The notes under the pieces: generated by a model | Seen by the model: the letters and a program-made list of their open reading frames with translations, nothing else | Databases searched by the model: none | What the model was told of the DNA's origin: nothing | Translations under genes and position numbers: made by a program | Part shown: piece after piece, positions 12,478-25,190 of the stretch | Numbering within the stretch: position 1 is the stretch's first letter | Layout of the letters: each line of letters begins with the position of its first letter | Source of the DNA: Octopus sinensis | Taxonomy: Eukaryota | Length of the DNA stretch: 64,000 nt | Direction: 5' to 3' | Assembly: GCF_006345805.1 (NCBI RefSeq) | Contig: NC_043025.1 | Location: forward strand, 10,106,001 to 10,170,000

Positions 12478-13625
12478 CTCTATAACTGGTTAAAGTCCTT
12501 TATTTTCGGCTGAAAAGAGGTTGTCACAGTTCTAGGACAGCACTCTTCGCCCTATGAGATGACATCTGGTGTGCCGCAGGGATCTGTTCTTGGCCCCCTT
12601 TTATTTGTTGCATATGTTAATGACATAGATGCCAACTTAAAGAATGCCACAGTGCTGAAATATGCAGATGACATCAAGCTGTACCTCGAAATAAAGAGGT
12701 CAAATCCTGTACACTATGGATCTCTATTGCAAGCAGACCTGGACACAATGCAGCAGTGGAGCATGGACTGGCAACTCAAGCTGGCTTTGGACAAATGTAC
12801 CACCATGCATTTTGGGAGGAGAAACACAGCGTCCACCTACTCCCTCCACAACACTAGTCTCAAAAAGTCTTCAAGTGAACGTGACCTGGGTGTTATTGTC
12901 GAGAGTGATTTGCGTTGGACGAAATACATCGCTAAAATTGTCAAGAAGGCTGAGGGTGTCTTGGCATCACTCACCAAGTCCTTTGTGAGCCACTCTCTGG
13001 CTATCTATCTGCGGCTTTATATAGCTATGGTAAGACCTCACCTGGAATTTGCATCACCGGTCTGGAACCCCTATCTTGCCCAGGACATCAATCATCTGGA
13101 AGCTGTTCAGTGACGTGCAACCAAAAGAATACCCTCCATCAGGCATTTGCCATATCCTGAACGCCTTGCTTCCCTGGGCATGGACACATTGAAGCTCCGA
13201 CGTCTGGCAGCTGACTTGGCAGACACCCATAAAATTATCAACCATCGCACAAACAATAACTCTGAGCACCTCTTCAAACTCCACCCATCTAACACCCGTG
13301 GACATATTTACAAAGTAAGAAAACAGCACAGCTCCCATGACTTCAGGAAACATTTTTTCACGCTGAGAGTTGCTGAAGCATGGAACAAACTGCCGGCATC
13401 AGTTGTTAGTTGTCGGAGCACTGCATCCTTCAAAACTTCCATGCTTCCTGAGATTCGCCAACACTACACTTGATTTTCTCCCCTCCACACACACACAAGC
13501 ATGTATCTGACTCATACACTGTTCACTTTCCAGACATTTCTACATTACTGCATGTACTTTATATGCACTTTCTGACAAGTTGTGGTGCACCTGAGCACTG
13601 TATACAATAATTTCATTATTATATT
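12478..13625 (+). mobile_element. 5'-truncated CR1-type LINE, RT C-terminal part of ORF2 plus 3' UTR
   Basis: GVPQGSVLGPLLF, KYADDIK, VRPHLEFASPVWNP, RVAEAWNKLP; one reading frame with premature TGA stops (one at 13111-13113, probably CGA to TGA); stop at 13471-13473; (ATT)-like tail. Confidence 0.95.
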
Positions 13626-13639
13626 ATATTATATTGTAT

Positions 13640-14002
13640 ATACAGATGTGTGCATAAGGTTATGTATATATTATGTATCTCTATTTATTTATATATATAT
13701 ATGTGTGTGTGTATGAAGTTATGTATATACTGTATATATACATAAGGTTATGTATATATATATATATATATATGTGTGGTGTGTGTGTGTGTGTGCATAA
13801 GGTTATATATATATGTGTGTGTGTGTGCATAAGGTTATGTATATATATATATGTGCATAAGGTTATGTGTGTGTATATATATATGTGCATAAGGTTATGT
13901 GTGTGTGTATATATGTGTGTGTGCATAAGGTTATGTATATATATGTGTGTGTATTAGGTTATGTATGTATATATGTGTGTATAAGGTTATGTGTATATAT
14001 AT

Positions 14003-14033
<31 letters not shown>

Positions 14034-14110
14034 AGTGTGTAAGGTTATGTATATAAGTGTGTGTATGAAGTTATGATTATTTTAAATGTGTATATAAGGT
14101 TATGTATGTT
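13640..14110. repeat. Minisatellite of about 13 units anchored on CATAAGGTTATGT with variable (TA/TG)n spacers
   Basis: The 13-mer recurs about every 30-60 bp. Confidence 0.85.
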
Positions 14111-14248
14111 TGTCTCATGAACACGTGTGTTTGTATATTTTATGTAATTGCAATGATGTACATATGTTATGCAACTATTTTGTATGTGTATGTCCATGCA
14201 CACATATGTATGTGTGCGTTTATATATATAGAGTAGTACTAGCAATGC

Positions 14249-14297
<49 letters not shown>

Positions 14298-14649
14298 CGC
14301 TTCATGATATGTAATCATTATAAATAGACCAAGTTAGTACACTCTGGTGAAACATAAACAGTACATAGGGGTGTGGGTGGGGGGGGCGCTGGCGCGGGGG
14401 GGGGAAGCGGCAGCGGTGGTGGTGGCAGCAGCAGTGGTGGTGGTGAGAGGTGGGTTTCTGGAGATGGTAGCTGGGAAGAGGGTGTGTGTGTGTGTGTGTG
14501 TGTGTGGATGATAGCGTTCCCGCTGGGTGGGAATGGGGAGTGTGGTGGTTGACGGTGGTGGTGGTGGTGGTGGTGGTGGTGGTGGTGGTGGTTTCTGTGC
14601 TCTACTTCTGGTGCTACCTTCAAATTTAAGTATTCATTTCAAATCTGTG

Positions 14650-14704
14650 TATATATGTGTGTGTATGTCTATATGTGGATGTGTATATATTATATGTGTG
14701 TGTG

Positions 14705-14743
<39 letters not shown>

Positions 14744-15565
14744 ATATATAATTATATATGTATGTATATATATATATATATATATGTATGTATATATATA
14801 TATATATATATGTATGTATATATATATATATATTATGTATATATGTATATATATATTATGTATGTATATATGTATATATATATATGTATGTATATATGTA
14901 TATATATATATGTATGTATATATGTATATATATATATATGTATGTATATATGTATATATATATATATGTATGTATATATGTATATATATATATATGTATG
15001 TATGTATATATATGTATGTATGTATGTATGTATATATATGTATGTATTATATATATATATGTATGTATGTATATATATATATGTATGTATATATGTATAT
15101 TATATAATGTATGTATATATGATATATATATATGTATGTATATATGTATATATATATATATGTATGTATGTATATATATGTATGTATGTATATATATGTA
15201 TGTATGTATATATATATTGTATTATGTATGTATATATATATGTATGTATGTATATATATATATGTATGTATATATATATATGTATGTATGTATATATATA
15301 TATGTATGTATGTATATATATATATATGTCTCTGTATATACATGTGTATGTATATATGTGTAAGTATATATGTGTGTGTATATGTATATATATGTGTGTA
15401 TATACGTGTGTGTGTGTGTATGATTGTGTGTGTGTGTGTGTGTGAGTATATGTATATATACATGTGTGTATGTATATATGTGTACGACTGTGTACGTGTG
15501 TGTGTCTGTGTATATTTATATGTGGGTCTATATATGTGAATGTTATATATATATATATATATTCA
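14650..15565. repeat. (TA)n/(TATG)n/(TG)n microsatellite block
   Basis: Direct inspection. Confidence 0.97.
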
Positions 15566-15764
15566 GATGCACAAACATTTAACATTTCTTATCAGGAGCG
15601 CCCTCCTCCCCCATTCCCCTGTAGCCCCCCACATCTCACCTCTTAACCCAATGTTTTCTTTCTATGAGGTTAATATCCCCACCATCACTACCACCACCCT
15701 AAAGATCCAGGAGATAACTGGTTCAGGACAGATTGTTTGTGTGTGTATGCGTGTGTGTGGAGAG

Positions 15765-16035
15765 AGAGAGATAGAGAGAGAAGAGAGACATGAAAGAGAG
15801 AGAAGGGAGAGAGAGAGAGAGAGTGAGAGGAGGAGAGAGAAGGTGTGGCAGAGGGAGAGCGAGAAGTGTGAGAGGGAGAGACAGAGTTAGAGGGAATGAG
15901 AAGAGGGTAAGAGAAGGGGGGAGTGTGGGTGAGAGAGAGAGAGAAAGTGAAAGTAGGAGAGAGAAAGAAACAGGAAAGCAAAGAGAGTAAAAGAGAGAGA
16001 GGGAGAGATAAAAAGAGAGGGAGAATGAGGGAAAG
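15765..16035. repeat. Polypurine (AG)-rich tract
   Basis: Direct inspection. Confidence 0.9.
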
Positions 16036-16179
16036 ATAAGATTGTTGTAGTATATAACATTGGAATTGGACCAGGGTTAAGCTGGGGTGCGGGTGGGGAT
16101 GGGGTGGGGTGGGGGACACACAGACAGGCATGCAGGGTGGCAGCTCACCAACCTACTTTCACCATTGTATTTCCGAGCA

Positions 16180-16410
16180 AAGTGTTAGTTTCAAATTTCG
16201 GCACAAGGCCAGCAATTTCGAAGGATGGGGTACATCAATTCCACCCCACTCCACCCTCAGTACTCAACTGGTACTTGATTTATCAACCCTGAAAGGACAA
16301 ATGCCAAATTTGACTTCAGCAGAGTTTGAACTCAAAATGTGAAGACAGATGAAATACTGCTAAGCATTTCGCCTGCCATGCTAAAGATTCTGCCAGCTTG
16401 CCACCTTATA
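16180..16410 (-). mobile_element. SINE B variant, diverged
   Basis: Head AAGGTGGCAAGCTGGCAGAATC at 16408; alternative tail ...ggccttgtgccgaaatttgaaac. Confidence 0.8.
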
Positions 16411-16442
16411 ATAATAATAATCATAATAATAATAATAATAAT

Positions 16443-16864
16443 GGATCTTTTCAGTTTGAACGGCAGTTTTTTCTAGCGGTGTCATATGAAATTGTCACGC
16501 ATAATTATGACCCTAGTATCGATCTATTGCATTTCAATCTGTTTTAATATTAAGGTTAGGGTGGGGGAAGGGTATCTTTTTTTTTTTCCAGAAATGTAAA
16601 TAAACCCAATCTGTTTCTTAAACAGGGGACATATTCATACGGCACAGAATGTTTTTTTTTTTACCTCAATAGACGTCAGTGATTGGTTGAAATTGCAGAA
16701 ATTGAAGCCAAAAAACAACAAATATCTTACAAACCATAGAATTTTCTCAATAAAGTCAAGAGAAAAAGATGTTTTATAAACACATTCTACCAGTATACGA
16801 AGTTTAAAATTTTTTAGTTACTTAGAAATTATGTTAAAAACTGCCGTTCAAACCAAAAAGATCC
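16443..16864 (+). mobile_element. Complete MITE family F (422 bp), ~30-bp TIRs, AT on both flanks
   Basis: GGATCTTTTCAGTTTGAACGGCAGTTTT ... AAAACTGCCGTTCAAACCAAAAAGATCC; AT/AT flanks are compatible with an ISL2EU-like TSD (inference). Confidence 0.85.
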
Positions 16865-17029
16865 ATAGCAATAACAAGACCACTCAGAGAGCACAAACCT
16901 CCACCAAGGCAACACCAGTGTCTTCTCAACGATTAGCCAGAGATGGTTTTTAAAATGAGAATATCTGAAATAAACTCGACGGCTCTCACAAACGAGAATA
17001 CTAAAAATGAAGCTGACTGCTCTCAAAAT

Positions 17030-17260
17030 TTAACCCATTAGTGTTCACATTATTCTACCAAAATTAATCCTTTTTTTATCCACATTGTTTTGAACTAATC
17101 ATTCATTAATCTTGTCGCTATGAGATTTTGACGAGTTAGCTGTTAATTTTTAAAACAATATTCTAGGGTTGGTGTGAGAGACCAGATCTGGCCAGTTTGA
17201 ACATAAAACAGGCAGAATACTTTTGGCCAGATATGGCCGGTTTAAATGCTAAAGGGTTAA
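17030..17260 (-). mobile_element. TTAA piggyBac-type MITE (family E)
   Basis: TTAA-CCCATTAGTG ... GCTAAAGGG-TTAA; reverse complement of 31193-31412. Confidence 0.8.
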
Positions 17261-17421
17261 GTAAAAGAACGGGGAAAATTATTCAGAATCCTTGTCCGGT
17301 GCTGGATTGATCCAAAAATCTAATCAGTTCATGCCAGTCATGAGGCCAAACATCCCTGAAAGTTTCCTCCAAATCCATCCCGTGGTTCTTGAGATATATT
17401 GTCCATGGACAAACAAACACG

Positions 17422-18210
17422 ACTGTGTATCTAGGACTACATTGTCCAATGTGTCCTTCCTTGTTGGTTCATTTAACTCTATATAAATCCTGATCCAGTA
17501 GACCTATGATCAAAAGTGTTCCAGCTGTGACCATCCTGTCTTTTATTCAGGCAATGTGTACCTAGGACTACATTATCTAATGTGTCCTTCCTTGTTGGTG
17601 TCGTTTAACCCTGGGCCATTCCTGATCCAGTAGACCTATGATCCAAAGTGTTCCAGGTGTGACCATCCTGTCTTATATTCAGACATAGTGTACCTAGGAC
17701 TACATTATCTAATGTGTCCTTCCTTGTTGGTCCATTTAACCCTGGGCCATTCCTGACCCAGCAGACCTATGATCAAAGATGTTCCAGATGTGACCATCCT
17801 ATCTTATAATCAGACATAGTGTATCTAGGACTACATTATCTAATGTGTCCTTCCTTGTTGGTCCATTTAACCATGGGCTATTCCTGATCCAGCAGACCTA
17901 TGATCAAAGATGTTCCAGCTGTGACCATCCTGTCTTATATTCAGACATAGTGTATCTAGGACTACATTAACAAATGTGCCTTTACTTGTATCATTGCTGT
18001 CTAGCCCCAGGTCAGACTTAACCCTGCAGACTTATAATCAAAGACTTTCCAATCATGACCACCCTGTCTGAAGCAGCTACATTATACCCTGTAGCACTAT
18101 ACCCACTGTGTCATCCTCACCCACTATATTTATGATGGGGCTGTGTGATTTGAGGGAGATTTGGCTGCTATTTCTAGCTGGACGTGTGAGCACATGGAGG
18201 CACTTTTATT
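17422..18210 (-). repeat. Interspersed repeat family I with its 131-bp segment amplified five times
   Basis: AGGACTACATT at 17433, 17564, 17696, 17827, 17958; marker GATTTGGCTGCTATTTCTAGC near 18160. Confidence 0.9.
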
Positions 18211-18384
18211 AGTTTCCCTCCCTGGCAGATCCACCCAGCTTATCCCCCCCATCCCCCCCTTACTGTACTCTCTACCCTAGTATAGTGGGGGTGGTGGTGG
18301 GCGTGGTGGATTGTAACCCAGTTTAGGACAAGAGTTACCCAGAATACCTGCCTACCTACCTACCTACCCTGTACAACCCATCTA

Positions 18385-18860
18385 CCATGGTGGGGGCAGT
18401 GATGGTGTTGGTGGTTGATGGTGGGGGGGTTGATGATGGTGGCGGTGATGATGGTGGTGGTGGTGTTGGTGGTGATGGTGGTAGTAGTGGTAATGATAGT
18501 GGTGGTGGTGGTGGCGGTGATGATGGTGGCAGTGGTGGTGATGATGGTAGTGGTCATGATTGTGATGGTGGTGGATGTGGTGGTGGTGGCAATGGAGTGG
18601 TAGTGGTGGTGGTGGTGGTGGTAAGAGTGGGGGTGATGGTGGTGGTGCCTATGATGATGGTGATGAGAATGGTAGTTGTGGTTGTGGTGGAGACAGTGGT
18701 GGTAGTGGTGGTCATTGATAATGATAGCAGCGACGGTGGTAGTGGTGGTGGTGTTTGTTGGTGGTGCTACCAATGGTGATGCACTTGGTAGAGTGGTGAC
18801 CATGGCGATGATAGCAGAGGTGGTGGTGGTGGTGATAATGATGATGATGATGATGGTTAA
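18385..18860. repeat. (GGT)/(GAT) trinucleotide mosaic
   Basis: Direct inspection. Confidence 0.9.
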
Positions 18861-19254
18861 TTTGGCACAAGCTATTCCTACCCCACCGTCTTTCCATCAG
18901 TGGTGGTGGTGGTCATATCGTATGTAAAAGCAGAATGCTTGATCTAGTTTTAAAAACTTTAGAAGAAAAAAAAACTTCTTTTATTTCTTATATTTTTTTT
19001 ATGATAAATATTTGTTGTTTTATCCGTTTTTCTTTTTCTTTTGTTTTTTTATTGCTAAGTAGGAAGTGCAATGCTCTCCCCCACCCCTGCCGCCTACTCT
19101 TGTTAACATTTTTGTACGGAGAGGGTGGGGTGTGAACCACCCTCCCCACCCCCAAGCTATTTTCGTTTCAGTTATTCCTTTTCCGTAAGTCAGAGAGCTG
19201 CTTCCATCATTACGTCGCCAGACAAAATGCTTCACAACATTCCTTCCGGATCTT

Positions 19255-19390
19255 TCTGTACCGAGTTCAAATTCCGCCGAGGTTGACTTTGTCTTTCATT
19301 CTTTTGGGGTTGATAAAATAAATACCAGCTAAACACTGGGGTTGATATAACTGACTTACCCAAGCCCCTGAAATTTGCAAAAATTTGAAA
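19255..19390 (+). mobile_element. SINE B 3' part
   Basis: gagttcaaattccgccgaggttgactttgtctttcat core. Confidence 0.75.
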
Positions 19391-19414
19391 CCATTATTAT
19401 TATTATTATTATTA

Positions 19415-19975
19415 TTGAGTGAGAGAGCAGTGCATGCCATCAAAGTGACACTGGGGTAAAATATACAAAGCCCAGTATACCCATCGTGAATACCCGTCTG
19501 ATAAGGGTACACCAGGCACATGTATCACAATCATATGTGCATGACATGGTGATCTCATATCAAGATAAACAGCACATGACCTTGCAGGTGGGGCCCAGTT
19601 AGAATTTTATTCAGGTCGAGTAGCCCATCCCACTCAAAAGATCCCTGAATAAGGATTGTTTAAGGATGTTGAAAGAACCACCCATGTTTCCAGAGGTGAA
19701 TTATTCAAACCTCAAAGAATCCTTCTCAACACATGGCTATAATGCTCCCCCACTATTTCTGCTCGTGATCAGAGATGCACATATCGTCAGCCACTAAGGG
19801 ACACGCTCAACTGGTTAAGGTCAAACGACTGACAAGCAAATCTGTGGTATTGAGCAGAATATTTGCTGAAGCCCATCTTTTATACCAAGACAAAACAATG
19901 TACATGATAACACTTCCAATCAGTTAAGATAAGAAGCTACGAGAACCACTGGCTGGTATTGCACCAGGGCATTCA
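19415..19975 (+). mobile_element. Probable retroposon 3' fragment with (ATT)n tail, family unassigned
   Basis: Complex non-coding block bounded by (ATT)n on both sides; single copy in this window. Confidence 0.35.
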
Positions 19976-19989
19976 TTATTATTATTATT

Positions 19990-20385
19990 CACTTGAAAAG
20001 GAAGATGAGGTTAGAGAGGAGAGTGCTGTCTGATAGCAAGTTTTCTGAAAGGTGGGTGAATTGTGCAAGAATGGCCAGTATAAATGGACCAATTCTCAGG
20101 TTTCGCCTGTAATTGAAAAAGGTATTATAAAAGGAGAAAGGGACTCTCTACTCCTCTTTTGACCAGGCTCCCGTTGGCTTTTATGGGTTTTTCCACCAGG
20201 AACCTTTCGAAGTGCCTCCCCCTTTTGGGAGTTTTTCGTTGTTAAATTATTTGATTGTTACATTGTTTTTACACAATTTTTTCACAAACGGACAAAACCC
20301 TTTGTAACCTTTCGTCCTGTTTTGTCCCTTTATGTTTTCCAATCATATTTGTCAGCCCTTGTGGCCAATAAAAAGAATTAATTAT
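19990..20385 (+). mobile_element. Tx1/L1-like LINE extreme 3' end (last 40 codons plus 3' UTR)
   Basis: HLKRKMRLERRVLSDSKFSERWVNCARMASINGPILRFRL* (stop 20110-20112), T-rich UTR, AATAAA at 20367, (ATT)n tail. Confidence 0.65.
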
Positions 20386-20414
20386 TATTATTATTATAAT
20401 TATTATCATTATTA

Positions 20415-20500
20415 AGGCGGCGAGCTGGCAGAATCGTTAGCAAGCCAGGTGAAATGCTTAGCGGTATTTCGTCTACTGCTATGTTCTGAGTTCAAATGCT
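20415..20500 (+). mobile_element. SINE B head, truncated
   Basis: AAGGCGGCGAGCTGGCAGAATCG...GAGTTCAAAT. Confidence 0.8.
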
Positions 20501-20634
20501 TCTGAAAGGGACATAAACAGACTGGAACCTAGAGTAGCTCTCTTTGCTTCCCAGTTCTGGTCAAACTGTCCAACCTATGCCAGTATGGAAAGCGATCATT
20601 AAAGGATGATGATGAGGAAGAGGAGGATTGTTGA

Positions 20635-21405
20635 TGTTGTTTGTTCCTTCTCGAGTCATGCCTGGCTCTTAAGGGCCGGTTTCCCGGTTTCCTTGGCATA
20701 TAGGTTCCCCACCTGGACGGGACGCCGGTCCATCGCAGGTGAGCTGCAAGATGCAAGAGGAAAAAGTGAGAGAAAGTTGTGGGGCGAAAGAGTCATCAGA
20801 AGTTCGCCATTACCTTCTGCCGGAACCGCGTGGAGCTCAGGTGTTTTCACTCATAAACACACACATCGCCCGGTCTGAGATTCGAACCTGCTATCCCTCG
20901 ACCGCGTGTCTGCTGCTCTAACCACTAGGCCATGTGCCTCCACTGACTGGTAGAAGTTCACCATTACCTTCTGCCGGAGCCGCGTGGAGCTCAGGTGTTT
21001 TCACTCATAAACACACACATTGCCCGGTCTGAGATTCGAACCCGCGATCCCTCGACTGCGAGTCTGCTGCTCTAACCACTAGGCCATGTGCCTCCACTGA
21101 CTGGTAGAAGTTCACCATTACCTTCTGCCGGAGCCGCGTGGAGCTTAGGTGTTTTCGCTCATAAACATACACATCGCCCGGTCTGAGATTCGAACCCGCG
21201 ATCCCTCGACTGCGAGTCTGCTGCTCTAACCACTAGGCCATGTGCCTCCACTGACTGGTAGAAGTTCGCCATTACTTTCGGCCGGATCCGCGTGGAGCTT
21301 AGGTGTTTTCGCTCATAAACACACACATCGCCCGGTCTGAGATTCGAACTCGCGATCCCTCGACCGCGAGTCCGCTGCTGTAACCACTAGGCCATGTGCC
21401 TCCAC
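20635..21405 (-). mobile_element. SINE C-prime with four tandem 154-bp tRNA-like heads
   Basis: Head start (plus-strand CAC) at 20941, 21095, 21249, 21403; A box TGGCCTAGTGG, B box GGTTCGAATCTC. Confidence 0.92.
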
Positions 21406-21547
21406 GATGATGAGGATGATGATTACATATGCACACACACAAAGACTTAGAAATCTGGTGCCCAGATTCACATTTAGTCTACCTGAGAGAGTCGGACTCT
21501 AAGCCACTTTGCAAAGTCAACTAGCCCCGGAGATGGAGAAGAAACAG

Positions 21548-22696
21548 TGAGGAGTAAAAATTCTCTTTGTTCTTGAATGACCATGGGATTGCACCTAGCA
21601 AGTTCCCCTCCGAGGCACTGGTCTAGGCAAGGTTGTTTATGGAAGACCAGCAGTCGCCCATACATACCTATTTCTTTACTACCCACAAGGGGCTAAACAC
21701 AGAGAGGACAAAGGACAGACAAACGGATTAAGTCGATTACATCGACTCCAGTGTGTAACTGGTGCTTATTTAATCGACCCCCGAAAGGATGAAAGGCAAA
21801 GTCGACCTCGGCGGAATTTGAACTCAGAACGTAGCGGCAGACGAAATACCTATTTCTTTACTACCCACAAGGGGCTAAACACAGAGGAGACAAACAAGGA
21901 CAGACAAACGGATTAAGTCGATTATATCAACCCCAGTGTGTAACTGGTGCTTATTTAATCGACCCCCGAAAGGATGAAAGGCAAAGTCAACCTCGGCGGA
22001 ATTTGAACTCAGAACGTAGCGGCAGACGAAATACCTATTTCTTTACTACCCACAAGGGGCTAAACACAGAGGAGACAAACAAGGACAGACAAACGGATTA
22101 AGTCGATTATATCAACCCCAGTGCGTAACTGGTACTTAATTTATTGACCCCGGAAGGATGAAAGGCAAAGTCGACCTCGGTAGAATTTGAACTCAGAACG
22201 TAAAGACAGACGAAATGCCTATTTCTTTACTATCCACAAGGGGCTAAACACAGAGAGGACAAAGGACAGACAAACGGATTAAGTCCATTACATCGACCCC
22301 AGTGCGTAACTGGTACTTATTTAATTGACCCCGAAAGGATGAAAGGCAAAGTCGACCTCGGCGGAATTTGAACTCAGAACGTAGCGGCAGACAAAATACT
22401 GCTAAGCATTTCGCCCAGCCTGCTAACGTTTCTGCCAGCTCGCCACCTTGCAGTCGCCCATGCATACCAGCCTCCTCCTCTCCATGCCACTGATGTTATC
22501 CAAGGGAAAGGCAAAGGGGCCGATACAGCTTGGCACCAGTGATGTTGCAACTCATTTCTACGGCTGAATGAACAAGAGCAATGTGAAATAAAGAGTCTTG
22601 CTCAAGAACACAACACACAGCCTGGTCCGGGAATTGAACTCACTACCTCATGATTGTGAGCCTCACGCTCTAACGAGTGAGCCATGCACCTTCACT
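21548..22696 (-). mobile_element. SINE H (tRNA-derived), interrupted by a SINE B multimer
   Basis: Head GTGAAGGTGCATGGCTCACTCG at 22696; colinear with 36355-37081. Confidence 0.85.
21664..22448 (-). mobile_element. SINE B multimer: one head, four ~183-bp bodies, 19-bp TSD
   Basis: Body starts at 21664, 21846, 22031, 22216; GCAGTCGCCCAT(A/G)CATACC at 21650-21668 and 22450-22468. Confidence 0.92.
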
Positions 22697-22984
22697 TGGA
22701 GAAGAACTTGGAGAAAAGAAAGCCTGAGATGTGTTGCTTATTGAGTTTGTGACAAGCATTTGCCCCAACTTTCTGCTATCAACGTTTCCCCTAAGTGTGT
22801 CTGGTCCGATACGAGTCTTCATTACTAAGAGCGAACCATCTGTGTGGCAATCCTAAATATTATAATATTGGTTGTAGGGCCCTCATGTGTTGAAATTGAC
22901 AGGAGAACCTCACACACACACACACACACACACACATGTACATCTCTGTATGTGTTCATTTGTTTGTCTGTGTCTATATATATA

Positions 22985-23810
22985 TATCTGTCTGTCTGTA
23001 TGTGTTAGTCTATCCATCCATCCATCCATCTATATACTTATCCATCCATCCATCTATCTATCTATATATCTATCCATCCATCTATCTATATATCTATCTA
23101 CATATCTATCCATCCATCTATCTATATATCTATCCATCTATCTATCTATATATCTATCTATATATCTATCCATCCATCTATCTATATATCTATCCATCTA
23201 TCTATCTATATATCTATCCATCCATCCATCTATCTATATATCTATCCATCCATCTATCTATCCACCCATCCATCTATCTATCCACCCATCCATCTATCTA
23301 TCCACCCATCTATCTATATATCTATCCATCCATCTATCTATATATCTATCCATCTATCTATCTATATATCCACCCACCCACCCACCCATCCATCCATCCA
23401 TCCATCCATCCATCCATCCATCTATCTATCTATCTATCCATCCATCTATCTATCCATCTATCTATCCTTCCATCTATCTATCCACCCATCCATCTATCTA
23501 TATATCTATCCATCCATCCATCCATCTATCTATCCATCCATCTATCTATCTATCCATCCATCCATCATCCATCCATCCATCCATCTATCTATCTATCTAT
23601 CCATCCATCTATCTATCCATCTATCTATCCTTCCATCTATCTATCCACCCATCCATCTATCTATATATCTATCCATCCATCCATCCATCTATCTATCCAC
23701 CCATCTATCTATCCATCCATCCATCCATCTATATATTCATCCATCTATCTATCCATCCGTCTGTCTGTCTCTCCGCCCATCCATCTATATCTATCCATCC
23801 ATCAATGTTT
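22985..23810. repeat. (CCAT)n/(CTAT)n tetranucleotide array
   Basis: Direct inspection; source of the 349-aa and 356-aa ORFs. Confidence 0.97.
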
Positions 23811-23895
23811 GACTCTCTCTCTCTCTCTCTTTCTTTCTCCGTCTGTCTATCCATTACATACTTTGTCTGTCTGTCTGTCTCTTTCTCCCTTTCTG

Positions 23896-23937
<42 letters not shown>

Positions 23938-24349
23938 TGTGTTTGTCTGCATTTCCGTCAGTTTTACTGCTCCTCCTACCACGACCACCACCACCAAACT
24001 CTGTAAGTGCATACAACAACAACAACAGCAACAAACAACAACAAACACCAGCTGCAGCAGCTGCTCTGTTGCTGCCACTCAGCAACAATGACACCACCAC
24101 CACCACCACCACCACCACCATCATAATAAGAACAGTGGCAGTTTTAGTAGTAGTAGTAGTAGTAGTAGTAGCAGCAGCAGTTGTAGTTGTCTCCCATTCT
24201 ATATACACCAGACTACTGCAGCACCAACGGCACTAGCAGCAGCAGCATTATCATCACTATCATCATCAGCAGCATCAAAGCCAGCGTTAGCAGCAGCAGC
24301 AGCGGCATCTGCTGCAGGCGTCGTCTCCTGTTGTACACATACAGACATT

Positions 24350-25190
24350 GTTTAACCAAGACTACAGCAGCAACAGCAGCAACAGTAGGAATAACAACTA
24401 CACCGTCATTGTTGTCGTCGTCGTCGTCACCATCAGCAGCAGCAATACAAACAGCAGCAGCAGTAGCGCCACTGACAGCAGCAATGTCTTTATCATAATA
24501 GTCGTTAACAGCATCACCATCTGCAGCAGCAGCGGGATTATCATCAACAGCAGCAATGGTAGGAAGAGCAGCAGCGCCAACAACAACAGCGCCAACAACA
24601 ACAGCAGCAGCATCTTTATTATAATCATCACCATCAGCAGCAGCAGGATTATCATCAACAGCAGCAATGGTAGGAAGAGCAGCAGCGCCAACAACAACAG
24701 CGCCAACAACAACAGCAGCAGCATCTTTATTATAATCATCACCATCAGCAGCAGCAGGATTATCATCAACAGCAGCAATGGTAGGAACAGCAGCAGCGCC
24801 ATCAACAACAGCAGCAGCATCTTTACTATAACCATCACCATCAGCAGCAGCAGGATTATCATCAACAGCAGCAGCACCAACAACAACAGCAGCAGCATCA
24901 TTATTATAATCATCACCATCAGCAGCAGCAATGATAGGAAGAGCAGCAGCAGCCTCATCTTTGTTGTAATCATCATCAGCAGCAGGGTTACCATCAACAG
25001 CAGCAATGATAGGAACAGCAGCAGTGCCATCAACAACAACAGCAGCATCTTTATTACAATCATCACCATCATCATCAACAGCAGCAACGATAGCAAGTTC
25101 AGCAGCAGCATCCTTATTATTATAATAATCATCACCAGCAGCAGCGGCAACATCAGCAGCATCAGTAGTAGTAGTTGCAGTTAACAGCAG
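24350..25190. repeat. CAG/CAA/CAT-derived minisatellite with 111-bp and 96-bp higher-order units
   Basis: GATTATCATCAAC at 24536, 24647, 24758, 24854. Confidence 0.9.

Noticed and set aside
12559-13473. Functional or domesticated reverse transcriptase
   Set aside because: 5'-truncated, lacks the endonuclease and N-terminal RT motifs, and has premature stops
20635-22448. Regularly spaced repeats resembling a CRISPR or tRNA array
   Set aside because: No unique spacers and eukaryotic context; the units are SINE segments, and the heads lack a full cloverleaf
23962-24002. 41-nt micro-exon candidate (cag|...|gtaagt)
   Set aside because: Low-complexity content and weak acceptor context; unsupported
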